64,000 bases of DNA from Lama guanicoe (lineage: Eukaryota). Each line of letters opens with the position of its first letter. Within the stretch, counting starts at the first letter, position 1. This document shows, piece after piece, positions 26,444-37,650 of this stretch. Position numbers and translations under genes: made by a program. The stretch lies in NCBI GenBank assembly GCA_013239625.1, contig MU053934.1, positions 651,285 to 715,284 on the forward strand. The letters are read 5' to 3'. The notes below the pieces were generated by a model. That model made no database searches. It was given only the letters and a program-made list of their open reading frames with translations, and was not told the DNA's origin.

Positions 26444-27649
26444 TGTTACTCAAAAAGGGGAAGAAAAAAGACCTCAGTCCTTGTCTTACCCAAAAGATAG
26501 GAATCCAGAAGGGTGATGGTGCATTGCATAGGAAAAGATTTTAAAGGATTTATTCAGCAAACAGAAAATGTTAGAGCAGGCAGATAGCTAGATATGAGTG
26601 GAGAAAGGGGGACACAGTTCAAAGGGCAAGGAATTGGGCAGAAAGGAGGGGCACAGGCGAAATACAGGAAACTACACATCATTTAAGCACTAGGGGCCCC
26701 TGGGCAGAGAAAGAAAAGCAGAAACCTCTGGGCTGATAAGCGGTCACCCATTTTGAGGGTGATGAGAGGCCTGGAGGCCTAAAAGAAAGGTGGGAAAAGG
26801 CAGGACTCTCCAGTGTCCAAAAGTAACCTCTTGCTCATTATGCCCTCATTTCAATAAAATTAGCCTTGCTGATTAGAAGTACCCATAATGCACTGACACC
26901 ATGACACTTCCTATCCAGACTAAATAAGGACAAAAACCCCTCCTCCCTTGGGAAGGTGGAGTTGGGATGAAAATTAGGGACCCTAAACCCTTCCCTCCCC
27001 AATGAATATTTCACCCATTCATTTTAAAACCCTACATAACCAACTCACCAAAGAAACTCAGCGCAGCTTCTCCCAGGAGCCTGTCTGCTGTCGCCTTGAG
27101 AGTGTACTATCTGTCCCTTAATAAGTCCCCACTCTACTTTCTTAACCTCTGCATCTCGTCTCTGAATTCCTTCTGGGACGGGACAAGAACCTGGACACCA
27201 GGTACATCTACCAGCTACCAAAGTACACCTTCAAGAACGGGAGGCGGCCTGTTCCAAGGGCGGAAAAGCGGCGGCCTGCCTTTGCCCCTTCTCTTGTACC
27301 CTCGCTTAGAGGTGGTCTTTCGAATGATTGACGGCTCTTGCCCCTGGAATGCTTAGTCATGTTCGTCCCCTTTGCGCATGTCCTTACCCATAATGCACAT
27401 AGAAAAACCCAAGGAGGGGGCCCTAAACCGCAATGCTAATTATATGACAATGAGCACTGGGTCACTTCCGGTTAGGTCCTCCTCGCCATGGCGCGGTAGC
27501 GGCTGTCGGGGTCTCACGGGTTTCTTCTGGCACTCATTTAGAGGAAGCAAAGTCTCTCTGCTGAAGGCGGTTATACCACCGTCTTCTGGACCGTCTTCCT
27601 TCTCCTCCATCTATCAGCCCGGTGCCCCGACTTATCCAACTACCTGACA
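26444..27649 (-). mobile_element. outer ERV1-type solo LTR (parts 26444-26568 and 27221-27649)
   Basis: TGTTAC...TGACA termini; minus-strand AATAAA (TTTATT at 26549-26554); reads continuously TTTATTCAGCAAACAGAAAA|AAGTACACC once the inner LTR is removed. Confidence 0.8.
26569..27220 (+). mobile_element. inner ERV1-type solo LTR nested antisense in the outer LTR
   Basis: Starts TGTTAGAGCAGGCAGATAGCTAGATATGAG; R/U5-like GAGAGTGTACT...AATAAG...CTGAATTCCTTC...GACAAGAACCTGGAC...CA; TSD not cleanly resolved. Confidence 0.8.
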
Positions 27650-28453
27650 GAAGCGGCCCAAGAACCATATGGACAGCAGCGAGGGTAAGTCCAGTTCAGA
27701 AATACACCAAATATTTTTGTAAGTGCCCACCAGGTGCTGGGCACTGAGCTGGGCTCGAGGCTCCCAGCAGGCTCTGGTCAGTTTAAGGAGGCAGATAGCC
27801 AGGAAAGCAGCCAGCTTGCCGGCAGCAAGATAAGCAGGCGTGGGCCCCACAGCTCAAGCAGAGACTGCAGGGCAAGTCCCCAGAGGGGGAGAGTTTGGTA
27901 GGAACTTCTGCAGGGCCCTCCCCATTCCCACCCCCACTAAATGGTCTGTTTATTCTCTGTCTGCTGCCTCTGTGCCCCGGCAGGGTAAGGGGGTGGATAT
28001 GAGCTTTTTGTTTTTCTTTTTGCTTTTTAAATTTGTCCTTGTGTGTCCAACCTCTGTTTGCAAACCTGCTGGAGGGAGAGAGCACATGCCAAATGCATTT
28101 GCACTTTGTTTGTTGCAGGTGAGTGGCTTTTAGGGTCTGACTAAGGAGGTTACCTGATTGTTCAGGATTTGAAAGACTCAAGTCAGCCCCAGGCATCCAT
28201 CTGACTGAGTGGGACAATGAGAGGTGGGGCGCAAACCATTCCTGGGAGCTGCATCTGGAGCTGGAGACCTGATTTCAGGACCAGCTCTGCTCAGTACTTG
28301 AAGACCCACGCAGAAATATAAGAAGGGTTCAGAGGATGCATTCTGCACTCCCCCACCCCCATTCATGATAGAAATCACTTTCTGGAGTCTAATGGGGTAT
28401 GAGGAGGCCTATTCTTACTACTTAAATTACCTACCTTGTTGGATAGAAGAGTC
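27650..28453 (+). repeat. direct repeat copy 2 (~804 bp of host sequence)
   Basis: Begins at the base after the LTR terminal CA (27649); aligns with 25650-26443. Confidence 0.95.
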
Positions 28454-28739
28454 TAGATGAGAAACTTGGCTTTGCTTTTTAGCCATTAAAAATACTAATT
28501 CCCAAGAATATTTCAGTGGTACCAATGTGATACTGAAACTAGATCTGGGACTGTAACTCGAAGTTAAATGGGCCACAGTTATCTCACCCTGGGTCCCAGA
28601 ACTTGGACAGGGAACACGTCTCTAAGATTTAGTTTTCTTATCTATAAAATGAAGAGTTGGTCTAAATAATCACTAAGCCCCTGCCAGCTTTGCCATTTTA
28701 AGCTATAAATAGATTCATAATGACAAGGACTCAAGGATA

Positions 28740-28880
28740 CCTAAAACTAACTGTGCATCTGGAGCATGTGAGGAGTGCGTTAAAAATAAAGATGTTCTGA
28801 TCCCACCCTGGAGAGTCTGATTCTCCAGGTCTAGGTGAGGGCCTAGAAATATGTATTTCTAATAGGGGATTCTGCAAAGC
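28740..28880. mobile_element. MER5-type fragment
   Basis: CCCACCCTGGAGAGTCTGATTCTCCAGGTCTAGGTGAGGGCCTAGAAATATGTATTTCTAA. Confidence 0.65.
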
Positions 28881-29411
28881 CTGTCCTCAGCCTGCCTGGC
28901 CCTTTAGAAGCCCCAGAAGTTCTAAAAGCCTTGTGCAACCAGCCCAGATCGGGCTCTTTTTAAAAGGTCTCGTTGGATAAAAATGCTGACACCTCTCTAT
29001 ACCCCTCACTCTCATCCTGGATTCTGGGTCTTGAAATTAGCCTATCTCTGTCTACCAGACTGCGTTATTCAAACTCATTTTGAGGGCACCAGGGAGAAAT
29101 CTTTGCATTTTGCATTTTTTGATTCCCTTATAATTAGAATACAGTTAGACCCTCCTACCGGGTTAGATTAGCCAAAGAAGCTTTAGGAAGGGGATAAAAA
29201 TCTCCAACTCTGACTTGACTCACCCTGTGATGCTGGACTAGGAACTTAGCCTGCTTCCAGGGTTTCCCACTATGGACAATGCCCTGGCATTGTGCTGGCC
29301 TGTCACACATGTCACATGCCGCTGGCAGAATTTTTTTTTAAAGCATTACAAATGCCTTGAGGATTAATAAGGTGCCTGGGAAAATGGCAGGTTCTAAAAC
29401 TGTGCTGTTTG

Positions 29412-30054
29412 TGATACAGGAAAAAAAATATGGCGCAAGAGGATGGCTGTGTCCCAGGTCTCAGTTGAGTCTCTGGGACGTGCCCCACCAAGTGTGAGTC
29501 CTTGGCTTCGTGCAGGACAGAATTCAAGAGCGAGCCACAGTTGAGTAAAAGTAGATTTATTAGGGAGATACATATTCCATAGACAGAATGCAGGCTGTCT
29601 CAGAAGGCAAAAGAAAGGCCACAAGGCATGGGGGTTGGGTGCTCAGCTTAAAGTAGAAGTAGACACACACTCCACAGACAGAGTGCGGGCTGTCTCACTC
29701 AGAAGGGAGAGTGGCCACGAGGTGCAATGTTGCTAGTTTTTATGAGCTTCATATGTTAACAAGATTATTCCAACTGTTTTGGGGAAGGGGCTTGGATGCC
29801 CAGGAATTGGGCCACCGCCTACTTTGTGACCTTTTGTGGTTAGCCTCAGAATGGTCATGGCGCCTATGAGAGTGCCATTTATCATGCTAAAATATTACAA
29901 TGAGCATAAAATGAAGCTCAAGGTCTGCTGGGAGTCAAATCTCCCACAATTTCGGGCCTCAAGGTCTACTGGGAGTTGAATCTCTGCCACCTTGATGCTA
30001 ATTGCTGTGTTATGCCTTGAATGGCCATGCCCTGCGCCCTTCCTTCCTGTCTCA
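29412..30054 (-). mobile_element. ERV1-type solo LTR (artiodactyl MER41-like)
   Basis: Reverse start TGAGACAGGAAGGAAGGGCGCAGGGC; TG/CA ends; 4-bp TSD TTTG at 29408-29411 and 30055-30058; minus-strand AATAAA near 29556-29561; short internal duplications. Confidence 0.9.
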
Positions 30055-30079
30055 TTTGGATTCAGCATGGATAGGGAGC

Positions 30080-30420
30080 CAGTAGTGCTGTGTGTGCTGG
30101 AAAGAGCAGAAAATCTGAGACGATCTGATTTATTCCAGAGGGCTGAAATACCTAGAAACAAAATCCAGGCGAGACCAGCCCTGGCAAAAGACAGGCAGAG
30201 TCTACTCAAAATGCAAAGCATGGGAGAGAGATCTGGAGCTGAGGATGGGGAGGTGAAGGAGATTTTGGAAGTTTGAGGAATCAGGGAAAGGACAGAGGGA
30301 GAGTAACTGACTGAGGAAAGCAGGGTAGGAGGGTCAGGCAAGACTAAGCATCCTTCTGAGTTTTGTGGATGTGAATTTAGGGCTAGTGCTGTCAGCTTGG
30401 GTGTGTGTTTTGCAGGCCAC
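30080..30420 (-). mobile_element. L2 fragment
   Basis: GGGAGAGAGATCTGGAGCTGAGGATG...TTGTGGATGTGAATTTAGGG...GCTGTCAGCTTGG, purine-rich reverse L2-like. Confidence 0.45.
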
Positions 30421-30859
30421 ATAGCACTTCCCGGGGAAGGCGCTGAGCCGGCTGAGGGTCGGGGTGACCCAGGACTGGGGTTTTGCCAGGCAAGCGTTCG
30501 GTGGAGACAAGGTAGGCAAGAGACTTGAGGGGCTATGCCTGGGAGTGACCACAGGGCCCCCCCACAGGGACAGGGTAGCCCCTTTAAAATGTACATGGTG
30601 GCAAGGAAGAGTGAAATGCCTTCTCCCCAAGATGCTGGAAGAGAACAGGGCTGGGTTATCAATTTACCAAGTGATTAAATCACCCTTCCCTTCCCAGGAA
30701 GGACCTGGGTTGGAAGTATTACCAAAATGGAGAATCCTTTACCTAAAGTAAAATTAGCAGCAGGGATGGGGAAGGGGCATCCCCGCCTCTCAAAAAACAG
30801 AACCCCTGGAGGTTGGTACAGGGAGAATTGCCGGGCCAATGGGATGATGTTATATGAGT

Positions 30860-31075
30860 GCCCTCTTCACTCAGGACCACGTTTACTTATAAATCGTGTA
30901 TGTGTGTGGACTCGGTACTAATCAGCTAAACGTGCAACACACGCAAGTATCAGACGTTAAGAAAGGAGATTAAAAATAAATATAAATAGAAGTTCTAATG
31001 TTTCCTTCTTGCTCCCCGAGAGATCATTTCTTTGATTCCCTGTGTAACTCCATTTCATTTGGAAAATAATCTAGC
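30860..31075. mobile_element. MER112-like hAT-Charlie fragment
   Basis: GAGATTAAAAATAAATATAAATAGAAGTTCTAATGTTTCC; same family as 37375-37650 and 39212-39445. Confidence 0.6.
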
Positions 31076-31220
31076 CTGTGCTTCTGCGAGAATCACCTGT
31101 GGATCTTAAAATGCATACTCTGATTCAGTAGGTCTTGAGTGGGGGCCCAAGAGTCTAACAAGCTCCCCAGGAATACCGGTGCTGTTGGTCCAGGACCACC
31201 CTTAGGGCAGGAAGACTCCA
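31075..31220. mobile_element. MER5A
   Basis: GAATCACCTGTGGATCTTAAAATGCATACTCTGATTCAGTAGGTCTTGAGTGGGGGCCC...GCTGTTGGTCCAGGACCAC. Confidence 0.75.
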
Positions 31221-31669
31221 GCTCATCACTAGTGACAGGTGAAACAATGGTGCTTTTTTAGGGGGCAGAGAATAGTAGAGAAAAAGAAGGAAGGAAAGGA
31301 GCCTAATATGGTTTGGCACCAGTTCCATAACTGCAATGAGCTATCTGTTTAATTAAAAATATCTTAATTTCATCTGACAATAATAATTACTATACCCATT
31401 TTACAGATGTAAATCCTGAACTTCAATGCGATTAAGACATTGACCTCAATTCGTATGGCAAATAAGGGCAGAATAACAAATATGAACCCAGGTCTGTTTT
31501 CACACTCCAAATATTTATTTTAGAGAAATTAGCAGGGCTTATAGGCAAAAATTAAACTCCTTTGTATTGCTACCACCCAAAAATAACTGCCACCAATATC
31601 TTGCTTTTATTTTATTTTGATTTTACAAAGAGTCAGAGTTTTTTCATGTGTGATCTACAGATCTGCCTC

Positions 31670-31840
31670 CCCACAAGTCACCAGCCTTTCTGTGCCTCAG
31701 TTTCCCCATCTGTAAAATGAGGGATAACAATAAACCAAAATAGAGTTTTTGTGGGGATAAAAATGAATTATATATGAAGTGCCTGTACCACTCCCTGGCA
31801 GGTAGAAAGTACTCAGGAAACATCAATTATTATTTTTATT
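31670..31840 (+). mobile_element. MIR SINE
   Basis: TCTGTGCCTCAGTTTCCCCATCTGTAAAATGAGGGATAACAATA core. Confidence 0.85.
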
Positions 31841-32199
31841 GCCACTAATAACAAAAAGGAGGAAGACACATCTATGACAAAAGCCATGCAGATTAGAGAT
31901 AGCAAGATTCCAGTAATTCTCAGGCTAGCTGTAGCAGGTTGGGGGAGGAGCTTGCTATATACGTAGCTCACCAGCACCCACCTCCTGGGCTCTAATTGGC
32001 CGATTTTGTTGAGGATGAGAATGTGTCAGGAATCTGCATTTTATTTTATTATTTTGTTTCAGCTCTATTTCATTTTAATTTTAAATTTCCCCCCACTTTT
32101 TTATTGAATGAAAGATTCTTTAAATTCTTTAGTGCTTTACAATTTTAAGGAGTTTCACACACATGATTTCATATAATCCCATAATAAGCCCTTTATTTC

Positions 32200-32718
32200 C
32201 CCTACCAGTATGTTGCTCCTCCCCGCCTCCCTCTCCCCACTGATAATCACTAGATTGTTTTCTATATCTGAGTCTCCTTTTTTGCTTTGTTTACGAGTTT
32301 GCTGTGTTTTTTAGATTCCACATGTAAGTGATACCATACAGTATTTGTGTTTCTCTTTCTGACTTATTTCACTTAGCGTAATGCCCTCCAAGTCCATCCA
32401 TGTTGCTACAGATGGCAAAATTTTGTTCTTTTTTATGGCTGAGTAGTATTCCATTGTGTGTATACCACGTCTTCTTTTTCCAGTCATCTGTTGATGGACA
32501 TCTAGGTTGTTTCCATGTCTTGGCTATTGTAAACAGTGCTGCTGTAAATACTGGGATATATGTGTCTTTTTGAATTAGTATTTTTGTTGTGTTCAGCTCT
32601 ATCCCCAGGATTTGAACTGCTGGGTCATGTGGTAGTTCTATTTTTAGTTTTTTGAGGAAACGTGATGCTGTTTTCCACAGCGGCTGCACCAGGTTGCACC
32701 TTTTTACATTCCCACCAA
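32200..32718 (-). mobile_element. 5'-truncated L1 (ORF2 C-terminus plus 3' UTR)
   Basis: Minus ORF contains QPLWKT...LKIELPHDPAVQILGI...AALFTIAKTWKQPRCPSTDDWKKK, the L1 ORF2 C-terminus. Confidence 0.9.
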
Positions 32719-33415
32719 TGGTGTCTGAGGGAGGAATGTGCACTTTAAGCTCCCAGGTGGTTGTGTGGCTAGTGGCCTGGGGACCCCATTTGGAGAAACC
32801 CTGCTGGCTCATGTCTCAGTGCTCCTGGCTAAGGGGGTCCTGTCTAAATGGCTTTTCCATTGTTTCGGCCTTCTCCCTACAAGCCTGCACGGCTGATAAG
32901 AAGTCTGGACGCCAGTGTGTAAATACCACATTATCATCATTTTGCTATTTATCTTAGGCAGGTGTTTTGAATTCACCTGGCCTGAGCCCCTTGCATTTTA
33001 GTGCAGCCAAGCTCTGACTCAGCTCAGCCTGGCTCCCAGGGAATGTTCCTGCACAGCTGCTCTTCAGCCCGTCCTAACCCAGGATGAGCTGGGCCGTGTC
33101 TGCTCCAGCTGCTTCTAAAGAACTCGCCCTGTCGGCCAGCCAGGAAGGCCAGTGTGCCTAGCTCACAGAGGGCAGCCTGGTGCCTGTTTGGGTTGGGATC
33201 CCCCGGGTCTCACCCAGGGCTAGGGACACAGTAGGAACTCAATTAATGCTTGCTGAATAAATGAACTGAATTGCATTAAATAACCTATACTTTCCTTTTA
33301 CAAAACCACCCGCATGCCTTGAACTGATTGTACACATTTTGTGTTAGAATACAGGTTAGGAAGCCACTGCCCTGAAGATAATTTCCAGTTTAGATTAGCA
33401 TGGCATCTTTGGCTT

Positions 33416-33451
33416 GGGGAAATACTTAGCTGAGGGGAAATACTTAGCTGA
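33416..33451. repeat. perfect 18-bp tandem duplication
   Basis: GGGGAAATACTTAGCTGA x2. Confidence 0.95.
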
Positions 33452-33589
33452 GAGAGTACTGGAGAGGGTGAGGTCACTGGTCCTGGCACACCAGGGGGGC
33501 TCAGTTGATTCCTGTCCCCTTTTCTCTGCCACCCCAAGACTCAGTAGACTAGGAATTCAAATGGTGACAGGCTCCCTGAGACAGAGGTT

Positions 33590-33720
33590 TAGTTACCAAT
33601 GAGGAAACCAAGGCCCAGAGAGGTTAAGTCACATGCCCAAAGTCACACAGCAAGTTAATGACTTAGTGGGGATTTGAATCGAGGGGATGCTGCTTTCTTA
33701 CTCCAGAGTTCTTTCTCTTT
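33590..33720 (-). mobile_element. MIR SINE
   Basis: ATGAGGAAACCAAGGCCCAGAGAGGTTAAGTCACATGCCCAAAGTCACACAGC. Confidence 0.85.
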
Positions 33721-34999
33721 GTATTTAATCAGTGGTTCCCAAAGTTGACCTAACTGTTTGCATCAAAATCACACCTACTTACAAAATGCAGAGTCAAAGT
33801 TTCCACCATATGTAATCAGACCTTCCTGGGGGTGGCCAGGGGCTGAGAATCTATATTTTCAATAAATTGAACAGGTGAATCATGTACACTAAGGTTCAAG
33901 TGTGAGGGCAAGCCAGTGCCCTCTCTGATTAAGGAGATCCCTAAATTCATCTCAGAGAAGAGCAGATAATGAACTCCACCTAATCGTTATTTAAAAATAA
34001 AAAAATTTTAAAGCAGTTGCAGCAAATGTCTCATTAAAACCCACCCTGATTTCCTGGTAGCACTGAATAGATGCACTCTTATCTAAAGCCTCCCCTTGGT
34101 CCAAATGTCACCATTTGGATGTCAGTGGCTCTCTCTCCCTCTCACTAAAGAGCAAGGGGGTGACTTTAAAAAGGCAACCAGAAACAATAAGAATTGGGTC
34201 TGGCAAGGCCCCAGAGATCTCCACCAAATTGCTTAAATTCAGACCCTGGAGTTGTGCACTGTCAGGATGGGTTCTGCTAGGGAGCCAGGGGCGTGGATTA
34301 AACCATGCATTTTTAAGAGGGTAAACTGGAAGCTGGAGTCCCCGGAGAGTTAACCTTGGGAGGGAAGTTGTATACCAGAGATGCTGCAGACGGGAGTGTG
34401 CTCAGGAAAACAAAGGCAAGGATGCTGCACTCCCCCAGCTCCTCCACAATATGCCTTCACCTGCAGTTTAGCTAACGGCGAATCTCTGGGGCTTCTGTTG
34501 CTATCAAATTTATGCCTTATGAAATGTCAAAAGGGAAGCTCTGCTTCTCCAATACAGCAAGAAATTTCTTTCTTTTTTCTATTTTTTTTTTTCATGTAAT
34601 GCCCTCCTGGAGGATTTTTGCAACCCTGGATAAATATTTCTCTGTCAACTCAAATGGAAAAGAGCTTATAACTTCTCAAGAAGGGCACTGTTGCCTGTTT
34701 TTTTGAGGCTGTTCTGCAAAACAGACAAGTTGGGCATTTGGAGGTAGCTCAAGGCTTTGAACTAAAAAAAAAAAAAATCCCTGAGTCTTAATTCATCCTT
34801 CCTGACCACACCTCCTCCAGGAAGACTACTAGGATTCCTGCAGCCCCATAGTTGCTTCCATAGGGAAACTAACAAGTCCTGAGCACCATCTTTCGGCTAG
34901 GCACCTTATAGACAAGTTCTCGTTCATTCCTTCACGCAACTCCGTGAAGTGGGGGCTGTTAAACTCATTTTATAAATGAGGAAATTGAAGGTCAGAGTT

Positions 35000-35240
35000 T
35001 AGGTGGAGGAGTTAAACAAAACTGGGGTGAAATCTCACCTCCTGCACTGTTTTGCTGGGTGATATTGGGCTGCTGAACTCTTCTGAGCTTTATGTCCTTA
35101 TCTGTAAAATAAGGATGACAGTGTACCGTCCAGACTCACGACTGCATCATTGATTGCAATGATAAGTACGGAGGGCTCGGTGCAGCACCTGGTACACTGT
35201 AGGCACTTAATAAAATTGTGGCTCTTGCTGTCACTATTGT
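35000..35240 (+). mobile_element. MIR SINE
   Basis: CTTCTGAGCTTTATGTCCTTATCTGTAAAATAAGGATGACAG...GTAGGCACTTAATAAA. Confidence 0.7.
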
Positions 35241-36178
35241 TACTCTGGAAATTTACTAAGGTAGAGAGAGGCAGAGCAGGAATTGGAACCCAGATGTTGG
35301 TGGCTCCAAAGCCATAGACTTTCCTGGGTTTACCTTGATGCCTGCATCTGTGAAGATTTCTATTATTAGGTTTTCCCATTTATGAGTTTTTCTGTCCAGT
35401 CTCTCTGAGGATGTAGCCACCCAACAGTCTTCCTTTACTGTTGCCGCGTTGCTGGGCACTGGTGTGCAGGAGACGTGCAGGGGGAGGTGACTGAACCGCC
35501 ACCCTCCCAGACTAGTGTCAACTTTCCAGTCCATTCTCTCCAAGCACTGGCATCAACGTAGTAAATCTAAAAAAATAAATAAATAAATGAAACTATGTTG
35601 GAAGATCTGTAAGTTATCTTGAGTAGCTTTTTTTTTTGAAATCACAACCTGATCAGGAGGGGAAAAAAACATTGAAACAAACCAGATTAAATAAGGTTGA
35701 ATTAATCAATAACCTCATTGTGGCGGAAGCCCCCTACCCTGACTTGCTTTGATCTATATGAGAAAGACCCTCCCCCCTAGTCCCGGAAGAAATCCAGAGC
35801 AAAATTGCAGTATATGGGAATTTTAGTAGGTTCGGTGAACTCATCTTGGCTTGCCTTTCCCATTCTTTTCTTTGGGAAAACCCACCCTTTTACAAGAATC
35901 TGAGATACCCCCTCCTACGTAGGGATATGAGGCTTTGTTTTATAGCCCCTTTGGCTTATAGGCAGGCAGTGTTGTATAGCATCAAAAACAAGGGTTCTAA
36001 AGACATTGGAACAGAATCTCCATGAGAGTAGGAATATCTGTTATTCACTGCTGTATTTCCAAGACCAGAAACAGTATTGAATGAATGAATGGGCGGATAA
36101 ACGGGCCAAGACTGCTTGGGTTTGAATTCTGGTACCACCTCTTGTTAGCTGGAAGCTCAGGTGACCTTCCTAATTTCC

Positions 36179-36809
36179 TGTATCAGTTTTCTATAATTTG
36201 AACAGATTATCACAAACTTGGTGTCTTAAAATCACACGGATGTGTTAATTTACAATTTCCATGGGCTGGGAATCCAGGTACAAGTCAGCTTAGTTCTCTG
36301 TTTACGGTCTCACTGGGCCGAAATCAAGGTGTTGGCCAGGACCGCAATTCTCCGCTGGGATTTGAAGTCCTTACATATTGTTGGCAGAATTCATTTCATT
36401 GTGGTTTGAGGCCCGAGGCCCCTGTTTTTCCTCTGAGTGTTGGCTGTGCAATGCTCTCAGCTCCCAGAGGCTACTGGTAGTTTCTCTTCCTGTAACTGCC
36501 GTGGGCAGCTCACAGCAAAACTCTTTGCCTTCTTCTCAGCCAGCAGGAACCTGTCTCTGACCTCTTTAGTTTGTGACTGCTGGACCCCCTATTAAGAGAA
36601 CACCTGATCAGGCCAGGCTCACCCAGGTCGAACTCAGACCGACCTGTTAGGAATCTTAATTATGTTCACAAGTATCTATTTTGATGCATGATGTAACAGA
36701 ACCACCGGAGTGACATCCGATCGTATCCATGGTCTCACCCACACTGCAAGGAAGAGGATCATACAGGAGCATAGGTCATTGAGGGTCGTTTGAGAATTCT
36801 GCCCACCAC
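36179..36809 (-). mobile_element. MaLR LTR (MLT1E/F-like) inserted in a MIR
   Basis: TGTATCAGTTTTCTAT...GAAATCAAGGTGTTGGCCAGG...TTGTTGGCAGAATTCATTTC...GAGAATTCTGCCCACCAC; MIR halves on both flanks. Confidence 0.8.
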
Positions 36810-37374
36810 TACTTCTTAGCTGCAGGAGGATAATAATACCAACTCCCTTATAATATCGTGACGAGGGTGATATGGCATGATGTAGATTAAATACCTGTCA
36901 TGGAGAAGTGCTCAATAAATGCTAGCTGTTGTTTTTATTATGCTGGGAGTGTGATGTGAGTCTCCAGGGTACGTACCCAGAACATCTCTCACGCTCTATA
37001 ATTTGGAACAAGTTGGATTCAGAAATTCAAGACCAGCTTCATTCACGTAGGTCCTTTGGCAATAGAACTGTTCCTCAAACTGTCTCTAATTTGCCAGACA
37101 GAGGAGTATAAACCCATACTCTTGAATGGTCTGGTCTGGTCTCTGATCACTCCTTCACAATTTCTTAGAAGTCTTATGTGAAACCTTAAACTTAAAAAGA
37201 AAAAAAAAACCATGCGGATTCAGCAATCAACTTCAAAGTATATATTTGTTTTAATGTTATGGGAAAAAACTGTGAACAAGTGTTCCCCAAGAAGATGCAT
37301 CAAATTTAAGAAAATGCTGCTTCTTGAATCCCCTGACATATGCATGTGTTTGAATATACCTGTCAAGCCCTAGA

Positions 37375-37650
37375 GCAGAGGTCTTCCCAGCTTTTTATCT
37401 GCTTGATCAGGTACCACAATCAGGAACATTTTTTGAGCACATTCTCTAATATATGTATAATTATTGGTAAATTACATGAATGTACTACAGTGTTGTATGT
37501 TACATGAGAAAACTTATCAGAAATAGAAGTTTTTAAAAGGTGAGATTAAAAAATAAACATGAATAGAAGTTCTAACATTTTCTCCCTATGCCCCATTGGA
37601 TCATTTCACAAAACCCCTGGTGTAGACACCTTGTCCTGGAGACCGCTCAC
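37375..37650. mobile_element. MER112-like hAT-Charlie element
   Basis: CAGAGGTCTTCCCAGCTTTTT...GAGATTAAAAAATAAACATGAATAGAAGTTCTAACATTTTCT...TGGAGACCGCT. Confidence 0.7.

Noticed and set aside
27221..27649. Processed pseudogene or first exon of a gene (GCCATGG Kozak-like site)
   Set aside because: Ends in an LTR terminus and joins the 26444-26568 R/U5 piece; no recognisable protein or polyA tail.
25563..28378. Pairs of near-identical ORFs suggesting a duplicated gene
   Set aside because: By-product of the DNA duplication; frames differ between copies through indels and no protein is recognisable.
29790..29812. STAT/GAS site in the MER41-like LTR
   Set aside because: TGCCCAGGAA does not match TTCNNNGAA, so there is no basis for an interferon-enhancer claim.
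29895..30662. Longest ORF (255 aa, minus strand)
   Set aside because: Runs across unique DNA, an L2 remnant and an LTR; Ser/Pro/Leu-biased; no homology recognised.
33486..33503. CTCF-like motif CACCAGGGGGGCTC
   Set aside because: Spacing and flanks deviate from the consensus; cannot be supported without PWM scoring.
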